IMG/VR virus record: IMGVR_UViG_3300030419_003817
Span: 1-64,000 of that record
Length of the DNA stretch: 64,000 nucleotides
Direction: 5' to 3' (one strand)
Source of the DNA: a virus
The translations under genes were made by a program, and so were the position numbers. The notes beneath the pieces are model-generated. The model had not been told where the DNA came from and did no database searches. It saw only the letters and a list, made by a program, of their open reading frames with translations. The stretch's first letter is position 1; each line of letters opens with the position of its first letter. Shown here in pieces: positions 9,748 to 19,876 of this stretch.

Positions 9748-10436
9748 CAATACACCCTTTCCCAATCAAACCGTAAAAACTTATTTGACCAGTTGCCTGT
9801 TCTTTTCTTTTCTTCGAACAGTCTTGTGTTAACTTCTCTTCTGCTTCTGTCTATTGTTGGGGTTTCTCCTGTTGAGTCAATTACCATTTCAATGTCATAA
9901 CATTCCTTCACACCAACAACACCTCTTGCTCTCCAGAAAAATGCAGGGTCGTTTTGTCCGTAGTTTCCACAGAAGTCTTCGTCCCACCCCCCAATTTTCC
10001 AAAAATCTTTTACACGAATCATAAATTGGCCAGGTGCAATTTTATTTGGATTGCTTATTTTTGTTCCGTTGTGTCTGTAGAATTTAAAACATTCACCTGT
10101 CCTGTCTGTAAGTTCTATCATCTTTTTAACAGATTCTTCTGGTAACAAATGGTCCATGTCATGCTTAAACATCCAATCTGTTCCACACACCGTTGCACCC
10201 AAATTCACGGCGCCTGGTATATTACAATAAATGTCTTCCATTATTTTATAAACCACCAAATTGATATCTGGCGTGCCATCGATATAGTCTTTTGCTGATT
10301 GAGATGAACCATCATCTATAACCACAAACTGAATCTTCTCTTTAACTTCATTGCTGTATGACTGCCATAAGTCAATTTGTTTTTGTAGCATATCGCATTG
10401 GTTATAATAAGTTGTAATGAAGGACAAACTAGTCAT
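9747..10436 (-). CDS. GT-A fold glycosyltransferase (GT2/GT7C-like)
   Basis: VVIDDGS, HDMDH (DxD), FWKIGGWDEDF.GNYG. Confidence 0.85.
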   Translation of the reverse strand: MTSLSFITTYYNQCDMLQKQIDLWQSYSNEVKEKIQFVVIDDGSSQSAKDYIDGTPDINLVVYKIMEDIYCNIPGAVNLGATVCGTDWMFKHDMDHLLPEESVKKMIELTDRTGECFKFYRHNGTKISNPNKIAPGQFMIRVKDFWKIGGWDEDFCGNYGQNDPAFFWRARGVVGVKECYDIEMVIDSTGETPTIDRSRREVNTRLFEEKKRTGNWSNKFLRFDWERVY

Positions 10437-11476
10437 ACTAAAACTCTTAAGTCTGGACAAAAATAAATTGCTTTGTCTTTATACTTTTCAAAATTATTAA
10501 CTCTTACACCATTTTCATTTACTATGTCATCATCGGTGTCTACTATAAACACCTCATCTTTTTCATAATTTTCTAACACCAGATTAAGATATTCTTTGCA
10601 TCGATTAAAAGAACCATAGACAATTAAATCAAAGTATCTTTCTCTTATTTTATCTTCTATATTTTCCCTGTCAACAGAAATATCTGGTATGTTTCCAGAA
10701 TATGTCATCCCGCCGCCACGCAGTTCGGACACCTTTACTTTCTTTTTTACTAAACCATTCTTATCTTTTTCGGAAAGGTTTGGGTCATTGGGGTCAATCC
10801 AAACTCGGTCATCGTTTGTTCCCCTGTAGGTATATCCTTCTTTGATACCCTCATATACCCACCAAAGTTTGTTTGAGTCTATTACTCCTTCTCCAACCAC
10901 ATTTCTAAATCCCTGAAACAAGTAGTCATTTAATTGGTCTGCTCTATCTCCAAGTGTAATGTATAATACATTTTTAACATCGGTCTTACCTGTAACCTCT
11001 AATGCAAACCTTGCCATGGCATCGGTTGTTAAATTTTCTTTGCAATACTCCAACAACCACTTGCAATCTTTTTCATATTCTTCTTTTGAAAAATTCTTCT
11101 GATAATATTTATCTCGTAATTCTTGGTATTTATTTTTTGGGTGGTGCATCAAACAATGCTCTGGACATTTATCAATATCCATGAACAGAGGAACACAACC
11201 ATTCATAATTATTTCTTGATTTCTACCAGTGTCCCATTGACCCTTTTTCCAATTAAAACCAAAATAACTTTCCTGATAGTCTCTGTAATAATCATCAGCA
11301 GTTTTAAAAATATATGTTGACTCATCGCCTGGAATTACCGTTCCAAATAATTTTTTCTTTTCGGGAATTTTGTCCAAAACTAGTCTAGGAGGAACTACGA
11401 TATTCAAAGGGTAGACAACGCCTTTTCCTACTTTTCTTTCTATGTCATCAATTCTTTCTTTTATGATTTCATTCAT
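10433..11476 (-). CDS. Putative glycosyltransferase (GT-B-like, uncharacterised)
   Basis: YQESYFG...KKGQWDTGRNQEIIMNGCVPLF resembles the R..E....GC.P motif of GT-B/exostosin-like C-termini; cluster context. Confidence 0.55.
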   Translation of the reverse strand: MNEIIKERIDDIERKVGKGVVYPLNIVVPPRLVLDKIPEKKKLFGTVIPGDESTYIFKTADDYYRDYQESYFGFNWKKGQWDTGRNQEIIMNGCVPLFMDIDKCPEHCLMHHPKNKYQELRDKYYQKNFSKEEYEKDCKWLLEYCKENLTTDAMARFALEVTGKTDVKNVLYITLGDRADQLNDYLFQGFRNVVGEGVIDSNKLWWVYEGIKEGYTYRGTNDDRVWIDPNDPNLSEKDKNGLVKKKVKVSELRGGGMTYSGNIPDISVDRENIEDKIRERYFDLIVYGSFNRCKEYLNLVLENYEKDEVFIVDTDDDIVNENGVRVNNFEKYKDKAIYFCPDLRVLV

Positions 11477-12297
11477 GACCAACTTCTCCATCCTTCATAA
11501 TCTGTTTTCCCTAAATTTTTATTTCTAGAACCCTTGTTTGGTTTCCAAGGACCATAAACACAGACATCGCTTGCTTCACTTAATACAGATGCCCACCAAG
11601 AAAATGTACTATCTTTAAAAATTATCTTATCAAACGAACGAATAAAATTAAAATGGTCTATGAATGTATCCTTTAATGCTGATTCGTTTTTTATCATTCC
11701 TGCATTTTCTATGTGGCATATTGGGTCATATACTGACAATCCTTCTATAAGTTCATTCACATATTCAATTGCTTCTTTTTCGGGAACTAGGTTATGTCGT
11801 GGTTTAAATTTCCTATGAACATTAAAAGATTCTAACTCCTCATAGAGTTTAGAAACATCTTCTATGTTATGTGTCTCCCATTTATCAGCATCTGTTATTA
11901 TGTGGAGTCTGTCAAAATCAAAAGTATCAATGACACCCATATATTTTTTTGAGTCAACATGATTCATGTGGTGTGTTTGTTGAGCGATTCTGTTACCCAA
12001 TCTCAGATGTAATATCAAATCTTTGGTGTTGGTTTTCTCAACCTTTGGAAACCAAGACCTGACATCATCAATTCTGTCTTTGTATAAAGTATAATCTTCA
12101 AAATTATTTGAGATACCAAACACATTACGACTTTCTCCAACACTTCCGTCTTTTATGTTTTTAGGAATATTCAATTCGGGAATGGCATCATGTGATAGTT
12201 CATAACCATTTCTTTCTGCCAATATCCTAGAACCAGAATATTGAAACAGGTGATTACCAAACCCATCACTATATCGAACAGAAACAACTTTTTTCAT
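11473..12297 (-). CDS. GT11 alpha-1,2-fucosyltransferase-like
   Basis: GFGNHLFQY, LHLRLGN, IITD, STFSWWAS. Confidence 0.85.
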   Translation of the reverse strand: MKKVVSVRYSDGFGNHLFQYSGSRILAERNGYELSHDAIPELNIPKNIKDGSVGESRNVFGISNNFEDYTLYKDRIDDVRSWFPKVEKTNTKDLILHLRLGNRIAQQTHHMNHVDSKKYMGVIDTFDFDRLHIITDADKWETHNIEDVSKLYEELESFNVHRKFKPRHNLVPEKEAIEYVNELIEGLSVYDPICHIENAGMIKNESALKDTFIDHFNFIRSFDKIIFKDSTFSWWASVLSEASDVCVYGPWKPNKGSRNKNLGKTDYEGWRSWS

Positions 12298-13208
12298 ATC
12301 TCTATATTTACCTCACACTTTTCTTTTAACCAAGATTTAATTTTACTCAACCACACCTTTGAAAGTGGGTCTTCGTTATATTTTCTATATCTAGATTCTG
12401 ATAGGTGCGTAAGGATTACTTCGCCATTCATCTGTCCCTCGCATATTTTACCGTTGCCACCCTTTACTGGTGATTTTCGTCTTGCTTCATCAAGTTCAGA
12501 ATCTAAAAATTGTAGTTCTCCGTCTTTCTGAAACAGATGAACACTGTGTATACATTTTCCACTATAACCGTGTTCTTGAATGAGAGGTAACATTTCACCA
12601 CTGTCTAGATTTATGGTTGAACCTGCCTTAAGATTAAAGAATTTCGATTCTGTTTCTGAAACAGGAACATTTCTAACACCTCCCATATTTACGGTTGTGA
12701 AGGTCATGTTTAATTTTTTCATTACTTCGGTTTTAAACATACAGACCATTATCGTTGGAAAGTCTTCGTATCTGTTTCTGTTCTTTGGATATGTCAATCC
12801 TACGACTGAGCAGGTTTCGTTTAATTCATTTTTTAATTTTTCATCCCAGTTCTTGCACAGGAATGCGACATCGGCATCTACCCACATGCCATACTCAGTA
12901 TCAAAATGATTAAACAAAGTGTCAAGAACTTCTCCATGATTTAAGGAGTTGCTTGTGTGTTCTGTTCTGTGTGGAGCATCCCCTACTCTATCTTTTACTT
13001 CTTGCACAACATCAATAAATTTAATTTTATTATGGAGACTGTTCATTTTATCTATCTGAATGTTGTCTCCGTTTAACCCAATAATAAACTCTAAGTCTTC
13101 TGGATTCTTTGCGGTAAGTAACATACTATTCATAGCAAAAGTTATATAACTTTCGCAATCGCCTTCATAAGAAAAACACGGAATTCCAACTTGAATTTTA
13201 TCACTCAT
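12294..13208 (-). CDS. GT-A fold glycosyltransferase
   Basis: HGEVLD, MWVDADVAF (DxD), LDSG; cluster context. Confidence 0.7.
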   Translation of the reverse strand: MSDKIQVGIPCFSYEGDCESYITFAMNSMLLTAKNPEDLEFIIGLNGDNIQIDKMNSLHNKIKFIDVVQEVKDRVGDAPHRTEHTSNSLNHGEVLDTLFNHFDTEYGMWVDADVAFLCKNWDEKLKNELNETCSVVGLTYPKNRNRYEDFPTIMVCMFKTEVMKKLNMTFTTVNMGGVRNVPVSETESKFFNLKAGSTINLDSGEMLPLIQEHGYSGKCIHSVHLFQKDGELQFLDSELDEARRKSPVKGGNGKICEGQMNGEVILTHLSESRYRKYNEDPLSKVWLSKIKSWLKEKCEVNIEI

Positions 13209-13842
13209 TTTCAAACTCTACATTTCTAAAATATAATTTACCACTGTCATCTTCAACATATACATTTGGGTATGGGTCTTCTCTGCACCTAATATAGTTA
13301 TACAAATCTAAGACAGACATATTTTGCACATCTTTAATTGACAACTTACTACTATCAGGAGTCAGTCTTTTGTAGATATCCCCCTGTTCTTGTGTTTGTT
13401 TCGGTATATTCGGCCAGTCTAAAATAAATTTGGAAAACAATTCGATGGTTACTTTCGTCAAAGAATTAAATATATCTGGCATGTGACCCTCTAGGGACAT
13501 ATCCGTCTTATATAAGATAGGTCCTCCATCAATGTTTTCTGTTGCTTCAAATAATGTTGCTTTTGTTTTTGTTACGCCATCCACAATTTGATGTTGTATT
13601 GGACTTCCTCCTGCATATTGAGGTAAGTCTGATGGGTGCATTGCCGCTACAAATTTATTTTTCTTTAAAGTATCTGTATCAAATATCCAACTCCATCCTG
13701 CGGCCAGTATTATAGTATCTTCAACCCCATTTAAATTGTTGGGTTTTGTATAAACACCAAAAGAAACATCTGGAAATTTCTCAATCAACTTCCCAAAGGC
13801 AATCAACGCCCAACTTCTATAACCAACTAATGCTATTTTCAT
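13201..13842 (-). CDS. Formyltransferase (Fmt/ArnA-like sugar N-formyltransferase)
   Basis: HPSDLPQYAGGSP, IDGGPI, RCREDPYP. Confidence 0.88.
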   Translation of the reverse strand: MKIALVGYRSWALIAFGKLIEKFPDVSFGVYTKPNNLNGVEDTIILAAGWSWIFDTDTLKKNKFVAAMHPSDLPQYAGGSPIQHQIVDGVTKTKATLFEATENIDGGPILYKTDMSLEGHMPDIFNSLTKVTIELFSKFILDWPNIPKQTQEQGDIYKRLTPDSSKLSIKDVQNMSVLDLYNYIRCREDPYPNVYVEDDSGKLYFRNVEFENE

Positions 13843-13844
13843 TT

Positions 13845-14522
13845 CTATTCCTCAAAGGGATGCTTTTTATACCACCAATGATTATGAGTCATCATGTATA
13901 TTGATTTGTTTGTTGGAATTATGTCTTCTGGTTTATTGTTTCTCCAACAAAGGTGTGGGTTAAATCCTTCATTTACATAAACCGAAGCAGAAAAAATCTT
14001 TTCATTATATGCCTGATAATCAAACCCCATACCTTTGATTTCTTTCCAATTTTCTTCAATGTATGGTAAAGAGTTATATGCATAATTTAAATCTCGGTGT
14101 GGGGCAAGACCTTTGATATCAAAAATCTTGTTGAGGATATTATATTCTAATTCCAACACATTCATAGGATTTAATTTATTGATTGTTGCATACTCTAAAA
14201 AGTTGGTGTGAAGTCCAATTTCAAAACCATCCCTTTGTGCTTTTCTTAACATATTCAGAACAGGATAAGACAAAACATTATATTCGTTTGCAGTAACTCT
14301 TGCATAAATTGTAGACCGAACCCCACAGTTCTTTTCCACATCTAATTGGTTTTGTAAAGTCGAGGGTTGCCTGTCTAAATCATGCCTTAGTATAAAATGA
14401 TTCAGGTTGGGACAACCTAACTCTAAAAACTCTGCAACCGTGACAAATTTATATTTGCTGTCCAATGCATTGTTGATTATGTCTTCATAATATTTTATTG
14501 AAAATTCATTGTTGCTTTTCAT
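13845..14522 (-). CDS. Polysaccharide deacetylase-like (WbmS-like)
   Basis: ILRHDLD, FEIGLH, APHR, MTHNHWW metal-binding pattern. Confidence 0.75.
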   Translation of the reverse strand: MKSNNEFSIKYYEDIINNALDSKYKFVTVAEFLELGCPNLNHFILRHDLDRQPSTLQNQLDVEKNCGVRSTIYARVTANEYNVLSYPVLNMLRKAQRDGFEIGLHTNFLEYATINKLNPMNVLELEYNILNKIFDIKGLAPHRDLNYAYNSLPYIEENWKEIKGMGFDYQAYNEKIFSASVYVNEGFNPHLCWRNNKPEDIIPTNKSIYMMTHNHWWYKKHPFEE

Positions 14523-15246
14523 TCAAAACCCCAGAATCATAGTTCTCCATTTTCAGATATACTTTATTACCATCTATATTAACAAATGGTGCAGGGCAGT
14601 TTCCATAGGTGAGTGCTTTAATTTCTTGTAGCAATCCATCTGCATTATTCAAAAGAGACAGAGAAATTTCATGATTCAAGTCACTCCCCTTTGAGGAAAA
14701 ATAATCATCGGATGGTTGACTATATTCCATATCTTGTTGGTTGATTATATTATTAAAATTTTTCTTCAACAAATTCAAACCGATATCATTTGCTTTGAAA
14801 AAGATATCCTCGGCCACATCAGACTTTTGAACCTCAAAGAAGTCTGTGTCAATTATTTTACCAGAGTCTAATTCTTTATCAATGAAATGCATGGTGCTTC
14901 CATGTAATTTTTCATTTTTTCTAATTGCCCATGTGGCACTGTGCCTTCCTCTATACTTCAATCTATATGAGTGATGAAAATTAATTATTCCCATCGGAAC
15001 TTTTTCTATAGTTTCCTCATCAATTATATTCCAGTAACTAAGAGAAATTGCCAAGTCCGACTTTTCTATAACATCATCGAATGATTGAATTAATTGTGTT
15101 GGAATGTTATTCTGTTCTGCCCATTGTTTGTTGTTTGTATGCACTGCTACAATTTCATAACCCATCCCTTTTTGGTTATCAAACAACCAATTAACATAAG
15201 GCAAAAAATAATCTCTTTCGTTTAAAAGTATTCCAACTCTTTTCAT
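14506..15246 (-). CDS. Second sugar N-formyltransferase
   Basis: INFHHS...YRGRH, GSTMHFID.ELDSGKII. Confidence 0.88.
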   Translation of the reverse strand: MKRVGILLNERDYFLPYVNWLFDNQKGMGYEIVAVHTNNKQWAEQNNIPTQLIQSFDDVIEKSDLAISLSYWNIIDEETIEKVPMGIINFHHSYRLKYRGRHSATWAIRKNEKLHGSTMHFIDKELDSGKIIDTDFFEVQKSDVAEDIFFKANDIGLNLLKKNFNNIINQQDMEYSQPSDDYFSSKGSDLNHEISLSLLNNADGLLQEIKALTYGNCPAPFVNIDGNKVYLKMENYDSGVLNEKQQ

Positions 15247-16376
15247 AAAAGTTCCTCAAGAGACCGATAAATGTTACCTATGTCTTCTTCGTTTAACCAC
15301 CAACCGCATGGCAACGATAATTGATTTTCATAGAAGTAGTCCGTTTGTGGCAAGTCTTCAAAACTGTCTTTAAAGCAAGTATAATAATGACAAGGAACAT
15401 GAACCAAACCTGCACCGATACCCTGTTCATTTAAACTTCTAAGAATCTCATCTCGGTCTAGGGTTTCATCCAACAAAACCGTATAGACCCAATGAGAAGG
15501 ATTGGAGTTTGTTGGAAATGACAGAGGTGTTATTTTGTCATTTGTAGAAAACCTATTGAAATATGTTTTTGCGTTTTCCCTGTGTTTATCTATTATGGTT
15601 TGCATGTGTTCAATCTGAGACAAACCCAAAGCGGCAGAAACATTATTCATGTAGAATTTATGTCCTGCTTCATCTATATCAACATTCCATCTCTGACCTT
15701 TCCATTCTCCCTTTTCGTCTTTGCATCCGTCCCTATCGAACCCGAACCATTTTAATTTCTTTGCTTTATGGTAATCGCTTTCATCCGAACAAACCAACAA
15801 CCCACCATCACCACAGGTAATATGTTTTATTGCTTGAAAACTATAACAGGTAAAATCAGAGAAGTGACAGACATGCTTTCCCTCATAAGTGGCGCCAAAA
15901 GAGTGAGCGGCGTCTTGGATTAGTTTGATTCCATTTTTTCTACACAAATCGTGGAGTTCTTTTAACTCACAGGGTAGTCCTGCCCAATTTACACAGAGAA
16001 CTGCTTTTGTCTTTTTGTTTATCTTCTTCTTAATATCTTCTAGGTTGACATTTCCTGTTTCACTCTTTATGTCTGCCCACACCAATTTACCACCAACATC
16101 ATGAACAGGTGTAACCGATGCAACACATGTCATGGATGGTACTATGACTTCCAGACCCTCTTTGACTCCAGATAACCTTAGAGCGAGTGTTAAAGCACTG
16201 GTGCAACTATTGAGTGGCACAACTTTAGTATGGTCTAGATAGGTTTCCATCTCTGTTGTAAATCGTGCTACCTCTTTGCCTTCATTTAAGAATCCGCTTT
16301 CAAGAACTTGTCTAACATTTGTCAGTGCTGTTTCAACATCAACATGAACTTTAAAAATTGGGTAATTATATTTCAT
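15243..16376 (-). CDS. DegT/DnrJ/EryC1/StrS sugar aminotransferase
   Basis: NSCTSAL, QDAAHSFG, YSFQAIKHITCGDGG (PLP lysine), LSLP. Confidence 0.95.
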   Translation of the reverse strand: MKYNYPIFKVHVDVETALTNVRQVLESGFLNEGKEVARFTTEMETYLDHTKVVPLNSCTSALTLALRLSGVKEGLEVIVPSMTCVASVTPVHDVGGKLVWADIKSETGNVNLEDIKKKINKKTKAVLCVNWAGLPCELKELHDLCRKNGIKLIQDAAHSFGATYEGKHVCHFSDFTCYSFQAIKHITCGDGGLLVCSDESDYHKAKKLKWFGFDRDGCKDEKGEWKGQRWNVDIDEAGHKFYMNNVSAALGLSQIEHMQTIIDKHRENAKTYFNRFSTNDKITPLSFPTNSNPSHWVYTVLLDETLDRDEILRSLNEQGIGAGLVHVPCHYYTCFKDSFEDLPQTDYFYENQLSLPCGWWLNEEDIGNIYRSLEELL

Positions 16377-17393
16377 TTAACCTCTCTTATATTCTTTAAT
16401 GTTTCTGCCGATAAATTCTTCTGCATCCCTTTCAAGGAGGGACAACCCCATAAGATATTCTTTTAACTCTTCCTTCGTCATAACATCCTGTTCACTACTA
16501 TATTCAAATATGGTTTCACTAAGTTGTGTAGTATATGATGGTTTTAAAACATAGTGACTCTCAATATCTACTGCTCTTGATGATTCTGACTCCGAAACTA
16601 ATGCTTCGTGTAACTTTTCTCCTGGTCGTATTCCTGTATAGATTATCTTCTTATCATACATCTCTGCATATATTTCTGCCAAATCCATTATTCTCATAGA
16701 TTTTAGTTTTGGAATCCATGTTTCTCCGCTTTGTGATTTTTCTAGTGTAGTCACAATCAAATCAACACTGTCATCCAAAGTCATTAAAAACCTTGTCATA
16801 GACGGATGAGTTACGGTCAAAGAATCTCTTGTTTTCACCTGATGATTGAACAGAGGAATAATACTTCCTCTAGAGTCTAAAACATTTCCATAACGAACAG
16901 CAATAAACTTAACATTGTTATTGTGTTCACCCTTTGAACGAACGGTTACTAATCTTTCAGAGACAGACTTACACATTCCATAAACATTTACTGGGGAACA
17001 TGCTTTATCTGTACTTACCATCAAAACAGATTCCAAATCAGTGAGTCTGTTTATGTTCTCCTCTACCGCACTCACAATATTATGAATGCCAAGAATATTT
17101 GTTTGTACACTTTCAAAGGGAGACAATTCGCATGTGTCTACCTGCTTTAATGCAGATGCAATGATTACAATGTTTGGGTTAAACTGAAAAAGTATTTCCT
17201 TGACCCTATGAATGTCCCGAATGTCTCCGACACTGAAGGATAGGTTTTCAGAATTAAAATCGTTCTTGATTGTCCAGTGTTTTGCCTCATCTCTGGAAAA
17301 AACCAAAACATCATTTTCTCCGTGGAGTCTTTTAATTAGAGTCTGACCTAAAGAACCAGACCCCCCAAAAATTAAAATTTTCTTATTCTTCAT
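16377..17393 (-). CDS. UDP-GlcNAc 4,6-dehydratase (PseB/FlaA1/CapD family)
   Basis: GGSGSLG, SRDEAK, ALKQV, STDKA..PVNVYG, RYGNV..SRGS, MTRF, GIRPGEKLHE. Confidence 0.93.
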   Translation of the reverse strand: MKNKKILIFGGSGSLGQTLIKRLHGENDVLVFSRDEAKHWTIKNDFNSENLSFSVGDIRDIHRVKEILFQFNPNIVIIASALKQVDTCELSPFESVQTNILGIHNIVSAVEENINRLTDLESVLMVSTDKACSPVNVYGMCKSVSERLVTVRSKGEHNNNVKFIAVRYGNVLDSRGSIIPLFNHQVKTRDSLTVTHPSMTRFLMTLDDSVDLIVTTLEKSQSGETWIPKLKSMRIMDLAEIYAEMYDKKIIYTGIRPGEKLHEALVSESESSRAVDIESHYVLKPSYTTQLSETIFEYSSEQDVMTKEELKEYLMGLSLLERDAEEFIGRNIKEYKRG

Positions 17394-18492
17394 AATGAAA
17401 CAACTCTCCATATATGTTTTTCACTTGGTCTATCACTTCTTTAGTTTCTTTGATGATTATATTATATCCCATTTTCGCCAACCGCACAGCAAATTCTAGT
17501 TGTTGAGACTCTTCAATACTGGCACACCCCTTTTTAAAAGTAACATCTGTTATTGTAATTGGGGTTTCTATTGGACGATTGACTATGAAATTATCCAGTT
17601 GGTGTAGTAGGTGTTCTTTATTTGACTTATCACATGCTTTGTTCATGTGTGCATCAATTCCAACTGAGTCTGCACACCTGATAAAGGCACGATTGTCTCT
17701 TGGAAAACAAGGTCCACCATAACCAAATCCATACTTAAAATATTGATTACCAATTCTATCATCAGAACCTATCGCATTTAAAACTTTATCTGGGTTTGCT
17801 CCCAACCGAATGGCGACATCACCGATTGTGTTTGCCATGGAAATTTTTGCAGTCAGTGAACAATTAAGTCCAACCTTTGTAAGTTCTGCACTTGTTCTAT
17901 CCATTCTATGTAAACTATAAGTTGATTTACACATCTTAGAATAAATCGATGCAATTAAATCTCCTGCTTCAGAATTTTCCTCACCAATAATTACAATCTT
18001 GGGGTATAATTGGTCGTTAACTATCTGTCCTTGTGCTATTGTTTCTGGATTGAAACTTACGATGTAATTGTACTCTCTCAACCTTTCTGCCACGGTATCT
18101 GAATAACCTGGCTGAACATTACTGCATATAACTACATGCTTTGGGTGTTCCTGTTTTCCCAATTGTTTTAAGTCAAATATTAAACTTTCAATTTGACTGT
18201 GATTGTACTTTCCATCTTCATTGGATTCTGTTCTCAAAACTACGAAAAGCAAATCAGAATTCGATACCGTGTACTGTATAGAGTTTACTGCTTTAAAATT
18301 TTTGTAGTTTTGAATTAGTTCATTTACACCAACCTCTGATGATGTAAAAGACCTGTCATTAATTGAATCTATATATCCGTCATCCCTTATATCATAACCA
18401 ATTACATTAAATCCTGCTCTTTCTAAGTTTAGAGCAAAACACAACCCAATTCTACCGATTCCAATTACGGCAATATTTTGTTCAGAATTCAT
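17383..18492 (-). CDS. UDP-glucose/GDP-mannose 6-dehydrogenase family
   Basis: GIGRIG, FNPE, DDRIG, GYGGPCFPRD. Confidence 0.92.
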   Translation of the reverse strand: MNSEQNIAVIGIGRIGLCFALNLERAGFNVIGYDIRDDGYIDSINDRSFTSSEVGVNELIQNYKNFKAVNSIQYTVSNSDLLFVVLRTESNEDGKYNHSQIESLIFDLKQLGKQEHPKHVVICSNVQPGYSDTVAERLREYNYIVSFNPETIAQGQIVNDQLYPKIVIIGEENSEAGDLIASIYSKMCKSTYSLHRMDRTSAELTKVGLNCSLTAKISMANTIGDVAIRLGANPDKVLNAIGSDDRIGNQYFKYGFGYGGPCFPRDNRAFIRCADSVGIDAHMNKACDKSNKEHLLHQLDNFIVNRPIETPITITDVTFKKGCASIEESQQLEFAVRLAKMGYNIIIKETKEVIDQVKNIYGELFHYEE

Positions 18493-19228
18493 AATTAAAA
18501 CACTCCAAGTCCTCTTTATACATCGATTCTATAATTTCTATGGCTTCATCATCATAATATTCTCTATAATCAGATTTTCTTTTTGATGGGTTTTCATGAA
18601 TGCCTTTTAGGTTATTATCACATCCAATTGTATCACATATTTTTTGAAAGTCATCATTTAAATGTTCAAATTTACCCACAAAATCAACTAAAATTTTATC
18701 ATTTGAAGCATCTGATAAAAACCTCTTTTGTGTTTCAAAGGTTGCCCGCCAGTTAAACCTTGGGTCGTACCAACAACCCTCCGTCTTCAATGACTTAACC
18801 CAAGAGGAAAATCCTTTTTTGTTATTAGAAAATCTCTTAAATAAAAGGTCTTGTGGTGAATTTCTATCTTCTCTTTGGTGATATGAGAATCTAGAAACAC
18901 AAGCATCGAAAGGATTTCTTACGAAAGAAAATGAATAACATTCACTTAGGGGCGGCGAGTTTAAAACAGCAACCACATCGGCGTGGTGCTTCTTTCCTTT
19001 CCTTTTATATTTTTCTCGGAGTGACTCTGCATACTCCCAAAATCTCGGAGGTTGGTGTTTATTTGGCGAAACCTTAATAACCCATTCCTGTTTTGGAATG
19101 TCGAAGTATTTTACTAGTTTCCACCTGTATCCTACGCTCTCCAACGCAACCCTTATACTATGGCCTGCCGTCTTTTGTGTGTGAATAAATACTATTGGTT
19201 TTAAATCTTCATTGATTGATATTGGCAT
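18482..19228 (-). CDS. Sulfotransferase family 2 (carbohydrate sulfotransferase-like)
   Basis: FIHTQKTAGHS (5'-PSB loop), FVRNP...VS (3'-PB), VGKFE, Y.EDLECFNY. Confidence 0.88.
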   Translation of the reverse strand: MPISINEDLKPIVFIHTQKTAGHSIRVALESVGYRWKLVKYFDIPKQEWVIKVSPNKHQPPRFWEYAESLREKYKRKGKKHHADVVAVLNSPPLSECYSFSFVRNPFDACVSRFSYHQREDRNSPQDLLFKRFSNNKKGFSSWVKSLKTEGCWYDPRFNWRATFETQKRFLSDASNDKILVDFVGKFEHLNDDFQKICDTIGCDNNLKGIHENPSKRKSDYREYYDDEAIEIIESMYKEDLECFNYEF

Positions 19229-19231
19229 GAA

Positions 19232-19876
19232 CTATTTCCTTTTCCAAAATGTCCACTTCCACAAAGAATCTAAAACAACATCATGAGTTTTGTTTAGTTT
19301 TTCTTTGATTGCCTCGTATTTAACATATGCATCGGGAACAAAACTATGAAACTGAACATGAAGATTTTCTACCTTCTTAATATCTCCTGATTCAATTAAA
19401 GATGAAAGTATCTCATATTCAGAACCTTCTGTGTTTATTTTCATCAAATCTATCGAATCATATTTTTGCATTTCATCTACAACATTAACCATCTTAATGT
19501 TTGTCGTGGGCAAATCCTTTAAATCTTTACTTGGGTTTCCCTTGTGTGATGGATTATTGATTCTGTCATATTTTTCTAAAGTAGTTCCTTCACCACCCAC
19601 AACAATGGTTTCAGTTCCATCATTTTCACCAAGAGCAAAACGATTTACATGTATCTTTGGATTGTTTACACTATCTATTGCATCGCAAAATTCTTCAATG
19701 GGTTCGTATGCATACACATCACAATTATACTTTTCTTGAATTTTAAATGCAAACTCTCCTTTGTATGAACCCAAATCTAAAACACAACTATCTGAGGTTA
19801 GGTAATCACAAATATATCGTGAATTTTCATAATGAGAATTCCAAGGTCCTGCCTGTGGTATCGATGTTTCTGTCAT
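19232..19876 (-). CDS. FkbM-family methyltransferase
   Basis: VLDLGSYKG, AYEP, DLMKINTEGSE, VQFH. Confidence 0.88.
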   Translation of the reverse strand: MTETSIPQAGPWNSHYENSRYICDYLTSDSCVLDLGSYKGEFAFKIQEKYNCDVYAYEPIEEFCDAIDSVNNPKIHVNRFALGENDGTETIVVGGEGTTLEKYDRINNPSHKGNPSKDLKDLPTTNIKMVNVVDEMQKYDSIDLMKINTEGSEYEILSSLIESGDIKKVENLHVQFHSFVPDAYVKYEAIKEKLNKTHDVVLDSLWKWTFWKRK

